From Octopus sinensis (Eukaryota), in NCBI RefSeq assembly GCF_006345805.1, contig NC_042997.1, positions 210,304,001 through 210,368,000 on the forward strand: a DNA stretch of 64,000 nt. Reading direction: 5' to 3'. This document shows positions 53,597-64,000 of this stretch, piece by piece. Both the position numbers and the translations under genes were made by a program. The notes under the pieces were generated by a model, which did no database searches, was not told the origin of the DNA, and saw only the letters and a program-made list of their open reading frames with translations. Each line of letters starts with the position of its first letter. The stretch's first letter is position 1.

Positions 53597-55351
53597 CATA
53601 TTTTTGGCTCCATAGACACGGAAATATTCCTCTTTCTGGACACGAAGTGTTTAGCCCCAGGACAGCTCTGACAGAGTAGAGAGACCCGTGATAAAAGGCT
53701 CTTCAGTTATGGCGACCTTTCCGGGTAGATTTGACTGCCGTTTCTAGCAGGATGTCGACCACGTAGGAGTGGAATATTTTTGGCTCCATAGACATGGAAA
53801 TATTCCTCTTTCTGGACACGAAGTGTTTAGCCCCAGGACAGCTCTGACAGAGTAGAGAGACCCGTGATAAAAGGCTCTTCAGTTATGGCGACCTTTCCGG
53901 GTAGATTTGACTGCCGTTTCTAGCAGGATGTCGACCACGTAGGAGTGGAATATTTTTGGCTCCATAGACATGGAAATATTCCTCTTTCTGGACACGAAAT
54001 GTTTAGCCCCAGGACAGCTCTGACAGAGTAGACAGACCCGTGATAAAAGGCTCTTCAGTCATGGCGACCTTTCCGGGTAGATTTGACTGCCGTTTCTAGC
54101 AGGATATCGACCACGTAGGAGTGGAATATTTTTGGCTCCATAGACATGGAAATATTCCTCTTTCTGGACACGAAGTGTTTAGCCCCAGGACAGCTCTGAC
54201 AGAGTAGAGAGACCCGTGATAAAAGGCTCTTCAGTTATGGCGACCTTTCCGGTAGATTTGACTGCCGTTTCTAGCAGGATGTCGACCACGTAGGAGTGGA
54301 ATATTTTTGGCTCCATAGACATGGAAATATTCCTCTTTCTGGACACGAAGTGTTTAGCCCCAGGACAGCTCTGACAGAGTAGAGAGACCCGTGATAAAAG
54401 GCTCTTCAGTTATGGCGACCTTTCCGGGTAGATTTGACTGCCGTTTCTAGCAGGATGTCGACCACGTAGGAGTGGAATATTTTTGGCTCCATAGACATGG
54501 AAATATTCCTCTTCTGGACACGAAATGTTTAGCCCCAGGACAGCTCTGACAGAGTAGACAGACCCGTGATAAAAGGCTCTTCAGTCATGGCGACCTTTCC
54601 GGGTAGATTTGACTGCCGTTTCTAGCAGGATGTCGACCACGTAGGAGTGGAATATTTTTGGCTCCATAGACATGGAAATATTCCTCTTTCTGGACACGAA
54701 GTGTTTAGCCCCAGGACAGCTCTGACAGAGTAGAGAGACCCGTGATAAAAGGCTCTTCAGTCATGGCGACCTTTCCGGGTAGATTTGACTGCCGTTTCTA
54801 GCAGGATGTCGACCACGTAGGAGTGGAATATTTTTGGCTCCATAGACATGGAAATATTCCTCTTTCTGGACACGAAATGTTTAGCCCCAGGACAGCTCTG
54901 ACAGAGTAGACAGACCCGTGATAAAAGGCTCTTCAGTATGGCGACCTTTCCGGGTAGATTTGACTGCCGTTTCTAGCAGGATGTCGACCACGTAGGAGTG
55001 GAATTTTTGGCTCCATAGACATGGAAATATTCCTCTTTCTGGACACGAAATGTTTAGCCCCAGGACAGCTCTGACAGAGTAGAGAGACCCGTGATAAAAG
55101 GCTCTTCAGTTATGGCGACCTTTCCGGGTAGATTTGACTGCCGTTTCTAGCAGGATGTCGACCACGTAGGAGTGGAATATTTTTGGCTCCATAGACATGG
55201 AAATATTCCTCTTTCTGGACACGAAATGTTTAGCCCCAGGACAGCTCTGACAGAGTAGAGAGACCCGTGATAAAAGGCTCTTCAGTTATGGCGACCTTTC
55301 CGGGTAGATTTGACTGCCGTTTCTAGCAGGGTGTCGACCACGTAGGAGTGG
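53597..55351. repeat. Tandem array of ten ~176-bp units derived from a deleted SINE plus flank
   Basis: GGCTCC anchors at 53606, 53782, 53958, 54134, 54309, 54485, 54660, 54836, 55009 and 55185. Confidence 0.95.
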
Positions 55352-56084
55352 AGTTGAGTTTTACGTCCTGGGCGGCGGCGGTGGTGGTGAAATAACTGTT
55401 TGCCTCTTTTGACTCGCTAAAAAATTAATAATTAACCACAATGTGGTTAATTATGGCTTGTGTTGCTCGTGAAACAATTTACCGCATATATATAAAAATA
55501 AGTTCACTTTACGCTTTGGTGCCCCAGAGACTTTCTTTCTCATAACTTTTTGAAGAATGCAAATCTTACAACGAAATTTTGCAGATTGGCATTTTTGAGG
55601 GTGTAGGTTGTGGTTATATTGGCATCTAGAGTTTATGCCTAGTAATAATGCCAAAAAGCTTAAAAAATAATAATAATTCTAGGGTGGATATCGGATCTTT
55701 ATCTCCTGGTTTTGTGTCTTAACAATCCTTTTTAAAATGCATATTTTTAAATGACTTTGCAGCAATAAAAAAAATCATTTTCGAGGTTGTGTATTACGTA
55801 ATATGCTTCAAACAGAAATCTAGGAGGAAAAAAAAAGGTGAAAAATGCTAATATTTTGGAAATTAATAGGAGCAAAGTCTAAAAGAGGAAGGATCGCTCC
55901 AAGACTCTTCCAGATTTTTTTGTCTAATCTTCTTACTGCCATAATCATAATGTACATCCTCGAAAATGTATCTCTTTAGAATTTGGTGAACGAATATATA
56001 GTTGTCAGGAAGTTATTGAGGAAACAATTCTGGGGAGCACTAAACTGCAGTTGTGCCTATATATATATATATATATAATATATA

Positions 56085-56118
<34 letters not shown>

Positions 56119-56699
56119 TTAGCCACACGCATAACTTTGCTATCTTATGTAAGAATGTATTTTTTTCTTCTTATTTCCCCGTAAAATGTTGTTTTTAAGT
56201 GTGAAATGTTTCCATTAATTTACAATAAATAATTCCTGAACAAAGCAAAGCTCTATCTAGCTTGTAATTAGAAAGTTTTTTTGTTGTCCATTGGAAGAAG
56301 AGGCTCAACAACCTTCCATTACCAAACCTCTATGTGCTCACCTTCTGGCTAGAAATAACAGCCAAATCTCACTTTGTCACCTTAAAAGACGGAATGGTCA
56401 TGACTGGAGCGCCTTTGTTGCCATATCTAAGTGAGTGTTGTCACAGGGCCAGGCAAAAAACCATTAAAAGTTCCACCGTTAGTTGTAGCTCCATTAGGCC
56501 TCTTCCTGGTCGTACGAAATGCTAGACATAGCATCTAAATCTTCCCACTATTTAAAAAAAAATACATAAAAGCAAGGAAACATTTGTTTTAATGCAGTGC
56601 TTGTACACAACCTTAAAAAAAAAAAAAATGGGATGGTCACGGTTGGAATATCTTTTAACCATAAACCTGTTCGATCGAGACTAAGCATCACCAAAAACA

Positions 56700-57155
56700 T
56701 TATTATCGCCTCCATAACTCATCATCACCACTACTATTATTACTACTACTAGTACTACCAACATTACTACTACTACTAATACTACCACCACTACTACTAC
56801 TACCACTACTACTACTACTACCACCACTACTACTACCACCACTACTACTACCACCACTACTACTACTACTACTACCAACATTACTACTACTAATACTACC
56901 ACCACTACTACTACTACCAACATTACTACTACTACTACTACCAACATTACTACTACTAATACTACCACCACTACTACTACTACTACCACCACTACTACTA
57001 CTACTACTACCAACATTACTACTACTAATACTACCACCACTACTACTACTACCACCACTACTACTACTACCACTACTACTACTACTACTACCACCACTAC
57101 TACTACTACTACTACTACCAACATTACTACTACTACTACCACCACTACTACTACC

Positions 57156-57193
<38 letters not shown>

Positions 57194-57251
57194 CACCACT
57201 ACTACTACTACCACCACTACTACTACCACCACTACTACTACTACTACCACC

Positions 57252-57289
<38 letters not shown>

Positions 57290-57632
57290 CACTACTACTA
57301 CTACTACCACCACTACTACTACCACCACTACTACTACTACTACTACCAACATTACTACTACTAATACTACCACCACTACTACTACTACTACTACCAACAT
57401 TACTACTACTACTACTACCAACATTACTACTACTAATACTACCACCACTACTACTACTACTACCACCACTACTACTACTACTACTACCAACATTACTACT
57501 ACTAATACTACCACCACTACTACTACTACCACCACTACTACTACTACCACTACTACTACTACTACTACCACCACTACTACTACTACTACTACTACCAACA
57601 TTACTACTACTACTACCACCACTACTACTACC

Positions 57633-57667
<35 letters not shown>

Positions 57668-57722
57668 CACCACTACTACTACCACCACTACTACTACCAC
57701 CACTACTACTACTACTACCACC

Positions 57723-57763
<41 letters not shown>

Positions 57764-57934
57764 CACTACTACTACTACTACTACTACCAATACTACTACT
57801 AGTACTACCAACATTACCACCACCACCACCACTGCTACTACTACTACCACTACTACTACTACTACTACTACCAATACTACTACTAGTACTACCAACATTA
57901 CCACCACCACCACCACTGCTATTACTACTATTAT

Positions 57935-57973
<39 letters not shown>

Positions 57974-57975
57974 CT
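56700..57975. repeat. (CTA/CCA)n trinucleotide tract, ~1.27 kb
   Basis: Directly visible; explains the 423-aa poly-V ORF. Confidence 0.95.
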
Positions 57976-58418
57976 TAGCATTTTTTATAAAGTTCTCTCC
58001 CCGTGTGTGTGTGTATGTATGTATGTGTGTGCGTATATTTATGAGTTATGTGTATATATTTTGCGTATTATATACACATAAATGTGATATATATATATAT
58101 ACACACATACATTTGTTTGTGTATATGTGTGTGCATATGTGTGTGTGTGCTTATGCTACGTATGTACAACACGTGTTACGTAAGCAGAGGTTATTGTCCT
58201 CAGTTGTGAAGTTGAGAAGGCGGTGCCCCCAACCACTCGGTCCCAAGTGCTCAATGCGTTTGGACAATGGGGGCTGAGACGGGTTGCGGGTTTCAAAGTT
58301 TACCAACAACAACTTCGTGGTGGTGGGCGAGGAGGAGGAAGAAATGGGTCTTTTACTTTTTAAAGACTAAAAACTGTTTCTACAACATTTAAATGATTCT
58401 GTGTCAATTCGCCATATA

Positions 58419-58545
58419 CAGGGTGTCCCAAAAAATGTATACACACCTTAAATAATTGTAAATTTGTTATTCTTTGTAAGCCTAGTACTTATTCTATCGT
58501 TCTCTTTTGCCGAACCACTATGTGTATACATTTTTTTGGGATACC

Positions 58546-58548
<3 letters not shown>
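58419..58548. mobile_element. Tc1/mariner MITE (130 bp) containing a SINE fragment
   Basis: TA-CAGGGTGTCCCAAAAAATGTATACACA ... TGTGTATACATTTTTTTGGGATACCCTG-TA. Confidence 0.85.
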
Positions 58549-58599
<51 letters not shown>

Positions 58600-58600
<1 letters not shown>

Positions 58601-58846
58601 TACATATAAAAGATCCTATATATATATTGTGTGTATATATATATATATACATATAAAAGATCCTATATATATATTGTGTGTATATATATATATATTATAT
58701 ATATATATATACATATAAAAGATCCTATATATATATTGTGTGTATATATATATATTATATATATACATATAAAAGATCCTATATATAATTGTGTGTGTAT
58801 ATATATATATATATAAATATACATATAAAAGATCCTATATATATAT

Positions 58847-58918
<72 letters not shown>

Positions 58919-59384
58919 GTTTGTGTGTGTATATTCAAAGGGCAAGACCACTAGGTCTTAATATAATAATTTTACTTATAATAAACCCTATTATCAAACT
59001 AGAAACTTAAAACTTAACAATTATGATTATATCAAAATCAATTATAATGTTAAATATTAATTTAATTTTAATTTATAAGGTAGGAAACCCACCAATAATT
59101 TAATATCGGTAATGGTCTATATCTAATTACATAAATATATATATATAATCTAACTATAATTAAAAACAGAACCTAAATAACTAAATTATATATATATACA
59201 TACATATACATATATATATATATAAAAAAATTTTTTGTTTTTTTATATATAATTTTCATCTGTCTTGCCCGCCTAATTTTCCTCTAGAGAACATTCTTTT
59301 TAGTTTGATCGTTGGTGATCTATTTCTAGCATACGGCCGACTACCTAGTGGCCTTGCCCTTTGAATATACACACACACACACAT

Positions 59385-59425
<41 letters not shown>

Positions 59426-59435
59426 ATCTTTTATA
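58600..59435. repeat. Inverted-repeat structure around an AT-rich core, left outer arm amplified five times
   Basis: TGTGTGTGTATATTCAAAGGGCAAGACCACTAGG (58922-58955) mirrored at 59344-59377; five copies of ATAAAAGATCCTA on the left and one inverted copy on the right. Confidence 0.75.
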
Positions 59436-60379
59436 TATATATACATACACACAGAGGCATGTCTGTACACAAATACCTAAGTTTGAACATAATATTGATG
59501 TGTGTGTATAATGGAAAAGGCTGATAGTGACTTCGAAGCCTGGCCTCAGTTTCTATCAAGCAAATTTCCGGTTAACGTTTGTTTTATATATAACTTTACA
59601 TACAAACAAATATCAAACGTGTGTGTGAGATTTGTCTAAGAGACCATATTATAAGCATATTAAAAGGGCTCCGTGGGAGAACTTAATTAAAGAAAAGGGG
59701 TGCTTGGTAGTAAAAAGGTGGGGAACCACTGGTATATATGTACATGTGTTTATAAATCTCTATACATACATTGTATGTGTGTGTGTGTGTACATTTGATT
59801 CAAGCAAAAGGCGGTTAAAGATATCAGACGTCATAGGACCTGATCCCTGATTTTGTGGCCCCTAAACCCCTGTTAGCATCTGTATTTATTCTTAGTCAGG
59901 ATTTTGTCTTTTGTCCAAATAGAAATATTTTGTTTCTAAATTTTAGCCCAAGGACAGCAACTTCAGGAGAGAGGCTAAGTCGATTACATTGAAATAGTGC
60001 TTGTGCTCGAAGGCGGGACTTGAACTCGGATCGTAAAGACACGAAATGCTGCTAAGCATTTTCGCCCGGCGTGCTAACGATTTTGCCAGCTCGCCGCCCT
60101 TTTTTTTGGGGGGGTCCAAATATTTCACATCAGCTCAATCTCCGCCATACTATAATAATGATAATAATTCTTTCTAATTGTGGCGGAAGCCGAGCAGTTT
60201 TGAGGGGAGGGGGCAAGTCAGTTGCGACGACTTCAGTACTTGACTGGTACTTTATGAACCCCGAAGGGATAAATAGCAGAGTTGACCTCAACGGAATTTG
60301 AACTCAGAACGCAAAGAACTGGTAGGAATGCTGTTTAGGCAGTTTGTCCGACTCACTAACGCTTCTGTCAGCCAACCAC

Positions 60380-61020
60380 ATTAATAATAATAATAATTAA
60401 TAATAATAATAATAATAATTAATAATAATTAATGATAATAATAATAATTAATAATAATAATAATAATTAATAATAATTAATAATAATAATAATAATTAAT
60501 AATAAATAATAATAATAATAAATAATAATAATTAATAATAATAATAATAATTAATAATAATAATTAATAATAATAATAAATAATAATAATAATAATAATT
60601 AATAATAATATAATAATAATAATTAATAATAATAATTAATAATAATAATAAATAATAATAATTAATAATAATAATTAATAATTAATAATAATAATAAATA
60701 ATAATAATTAATGATAATAATAATAATAATAATTAATAATAATTAATGATAATAATAATAATAATTAATAATAATAATAAATAATAATAATGATAATAAT
60801 AATTAATAATAATAATAATAATTAATGATAATAATAATAATTAATAATAATAAATATTAAAATTAATTAATAATAATAAATAATAATAATTAATAATAAT
60901 AATAATTAATAATAATTAATAATAATTAATAAATAATAATAATTAATAATAATAATAATTATTAATAATAATAATTAATAATAATTAATAATAATAATAA
61001 TTAATAATTAATAATAATAA
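60380..61020. repeat. (TAA)n tract, ~640 bp
   Basis: Directly visible. Confidence 0.95.
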
Positions 61021-61664
61021 TTTCTCCTCCTCCCACTTTCCAAAGCTTCTCCTTTTCCTGTTTTTATCCATGGACAAAGTGACCTGTTAGAAATAGCTGC
61101 TAAGTCTTCCTCAAATCTTCAATGAAGGACATGTTGAATGTTCTACTCCTTGATATATGAAAACCACGTGGTGGTGGTTACGACTGGAATGTCTTTGATC
61201 ATTTCTGTCTCTTGGATCCGAACTCATCCGAGACCAAATAACAACAACAATCATATTGATGGCTGCAAGTGTAGTTGAGCGTCGGACTGGGTAGTTTCAT
61301 CTCTCCTCTTTTTAATCGTCCTGTGCTCAAATATTTGGTCGTATTTGACTTTGACCTATGATCAAAAGTATTCTAAAATACAATATTAATATGATGTAGT
61401 CGTTTTTAATTAATCGTTTATTTTTTTTAAGGTGCTGCGGTGTGATTTAACATAAGTTTGATTGCTATTTCTATCAAGTTGAGTGGCTGGGTAGGTGGAG
61501 TGGCAAAGCCCTGTTGATTGGTATGTCATCGTTGTCATCATTTAAAATCCATTTTCTATATTGGTATGGGTTGGGTGTTTCAACAGGAGCTGGCAAGCTG
61601 GGCGGGGGCTACACCAGGCCGATGTCCTTTCTAATGCCAACCACTTTACAGAGTGCACTGGGTG

Positions 61665-61850
61665 CAAGGCGGCGAGCTGGCAGAAACGTTAGCACGCCAG
61701 GCGAAATGTTTAGCGGTATTTCGTCTGTCTTTACGTTCTGAGTTCAAATTCCGCCGAGGTCGACTTTGCCTTTCATCCTTTTGGGGTCGATTAAATAAGG
61801 TACCAGTTACGCACTGGGGTCGATATAATCGACTTAATCCGTTTGTCTGA
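61665..61850 (+). mobile_element. Family-B SINE nested in an RTE-tail repeat
   Basis: Same head and central domain as 10341. Confidence 0.8.
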
Positions 61851-62084
61851 TCTGACAGTGTTTCTACAGCTGGATTCCCTTCCTAACACCAACCACTCCA
61901 TGAGTGTAGTGGGTGCTTTTTATGTGCCACCGGCACAGGTGACAGGGGAGGCTGGCAACGACCACAATCGGTTGGTGCTTTTTACGTGCCACCGGCACGG
62001 AAACCAGTTAAGGCGATGCTGACATCGGCCACGTTCAGATGGTGCTTTTTACGTGCCACCGGCACTAGTATCACAACTACAATT

Positions 62085-62530
62085 TCCATTTGCTTTGGTA
62101 TAGACAACAATCAGATGTATTAGTTTAACGCTTGGGAAGTGAAAAGGTCTTTAACGTTTCGAGCCTACGCTCTTCCTCAGAAAGGAACACAGAAAGAAAC
62201 AAGAAGAGAAAATAAAGAATGTGTAGTGGCTATCGGACTATCATGGGCGAATGCTGGACAGAGGGGTAAATGACAATAGGTAAAAGCAGAAAGTACCAAA
62301 AGGTTAAGAGAAGTTCAAAAGATTCAAAGGCTTCAAACGTTGTGGTGTATTGGAGCGATTTCTCATCAACAGAAGAGTCCAGTGTAATCCATGGACAGGA
62401 GAGGTGCAGCTGAAGCGTAGGAGAGTAGGAAATTCAGGTGGAGAATCCAGGTAGAATAGTCTGAAGTGTAGAAGGTGTAGAAAATCCATGAAAAGTTCAT
62501 TGGGTTAAGAGGTGGAGACAGGATCAAACT
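62085..62530 (-). mobile_element. Penelope-like element 3' end / pseudo-LTR
   Basis: Contains the Penelope-type CTGAGGAAGAGC..GCTCGAAACGTT hammerhead; the upstream coding remnant is too decayed to call. Confidence 0.55.
62149..62184 (-). ncRNA. Minimal type-I hammerhead motif, core intact
   Basis: CUUU CUGAGGA A GAGC-GUAG-GCUC GAAAC GUU AAAG. Confidence 0.65.
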
Positions 62531-62713
62531 GATATGTATGTATGTATATATATGTGTGTATATATGTGTATGTATATATGTATGTGTGTATGTATATATG
62601 TATCCTTAAATCCATAAAAATGTTTTAGCCCAAAGGCTGCGGCCATGCTGGGGCACCAATGTATATATATATGCGTGTGTGTATATATGTATATATATAT
62701 ATGTATATATATA

Positions 62714-62928
62714 TGAGGGGTGCTGAAAAGTTCCTGGCTTTGAGGATATCAAGAAAGGCATGGTTGGAGGCTCAACCTTCCGAGTTCTTCTACAGGGCTT
62801 AGAAAAACTGAAGGACTGCTGCAATAAGTATGAATCTGGGAGGGGAATATGTTTAATAAGATCAGGATTAATTAATCCTTCTGTATTTTCTTTTACCCAA
62901 AGCCAGGAACTTTACAGCTTCCCTTTGC
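62714..62928 (+). mobile_element. Mariner MITE / deletion derivative
   Basis: TIR GAGGGGTGCTGAAAAGTTCCTGGCTTT against AAAGCCAGGAACTTTACAGC; retains the transposase C-terminal QGLEKLKDCCNK. Confidence 0.75.
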
Positions 62929-64000
62929 ATATACAATGGGCTTCTTTCAGTTTCCTCACAATGCTTTTGTCAGGTTTGGGCTGAAGACATCCAAGGTGCC
63001 ATGCAGTGGGACTGAACTTGAAAACGTACGGTTTATTAAGATAAATATTTAACATGTCCCTATATAATCAAACACTCACTTATGATTTTTATAGGTTTGT
63101 ATAATGGGATGTTGTGATGTTCATGTTGTTTTCAAGGTAGTATCAGCAATATTCTTTCTTTGGAATTAAATCTGGTTACATCACTTTGTCTGTGTGTGTA
63201 CATATATTATATTGTATGTATAAATTCTAGATGTAGTTCATCATCATCATCGTTTAACATCCGTTTTCCGTGCTAGTATGGGTTGGATGGTTTGACCAGG
63301 GTCTGGGAAGCCAGGGGCTGCACCAGGCTCCAGTCTGATCTGGCAGTGTTTCTACAGCTGGATGCCCTTCCTAACGCCAACCACTCCGTGAGTGTAGTGG
63401 GTGCTTTTTACGTGCCAGTTGGTGCTTTTACGTGCCAGTCAGGCGATACTGGCAATGACCTCGCTCGAATCTTTTTACACATGCCAACAGCACAGGTGCC
63501 AGTAAGGTGAAACTGGTAATGATCCCGCTCAAATGGTGCCTCCTACATGCCACCGGCACGGAAGCCAGTAAGCCGCTCTGGCAACGATCACGCTTGGATG
63601 GTGCGCTTAGCACCCTACTAGCACGGGGCACAAGTGCCAGGAAGGCGAAGCTGGTAACGATCACACTCGAATGGTGCCTTTTATGTGCCACTGGCACGGA
63701 AGCCGGTTAGCTGCTCTGTCAGCGATCACACTCGTATGGTGCTCATGCCCGTCATCGAATTTCCCTTTGATTTCGATTTCACTTGCCTCAACAGGTCTTC
63801 GCAAGCAGAGTTTAGTGTTCAAAGAAGGGAAAGGTACGCACAGGTGGGCTCTTGATGTTCTGAATTAAAATACCACCGAGACCAACATTGCATGTCTGTG
63901 AAAATTGCTCTGCTACATGTGGTGATGTTGCTGTCGTTTCTCCTGTCAAGGAATCATTTGCTGGCTTTGCACCTTTAAAGATGTGGGGGACAAGATATTC

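Noticed and set aside
53597-55351. CRISPR-like or retrozyme-like reading of the 176-bp array (CTGAAGA..GGCTAAAC on the minus strand)
   Set aside because: There are no unique spacers. The CTGAAGA aligns to CTGGAATG of the parent SINE and the GAAA box is absent, so it is not a hammerhead.
56681-57952. 423-aa poly-Val ORF and similar long ORFs (9548-10341, 17071-17781, 24847-25725, 50170-51051, 52156-53154)
   Set aside because: These are translations of microsatellites that lack stop codons; there is no coding signal.
58200-58365. Short open frame CEVEKAVPPTTRSQVLNAFGQWGLRR..RGGGRGGGR
   Set aside because: About 50 codons, with no convincing donor or recognisable homology; not supportable without RNA data.
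58960-59200. AT-rich segment as a mitochondrial insertion (CCCTATTAT resembles 12S rRNA)
   Set aside because: The match does not extend, and the minus-strand frames I translated with the invertebrate mitochondrial code contain stops.

Overview
A 64-kb window of very repeat-rich eukaryotic DNA. The SINE, RTE-LINE and microsatellite content points to a coleoid cephalopod, most likely an octopus; this is inferred from family recognition, not a search. No intact host gene can be supported, and the long ORFs in the track are microsatellite artefacts or LINE/transposase remnants. The window contains RTE and CR1 LINE fragments, several tRNA-derived SINE families, Tc1/mariner, piggyBac-, hAT- and Merlin-like MITEs, several Helitrons (one with a RepHel remnant) and Penelope-like element (PLE) terminal repeats. 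It also holds very long di-, tri- and tetranucleotide tracts and a 10-copy 176-bp array built from a single deleted SINE. The most interesting signal is a set of minimal type-I hammerhead ribozyme motifs in PLE terminal repeats from several families. Two related copies covary in the catalytic core (C3-G8 versus U3-A8) and in stems II and III. One copy has a ~65-nt extended stem II, and one ORF-less inverted-arm insertion with a 12-bp target duplication carries a hammerhead in each arm. Two CpG-rich non-repeat islands (~23.4-24.0 kb and ~46.1-46.3 kb) are candidate regulatory or exonic sequence. Coordinates were counted by eye and boundaries are approximate.
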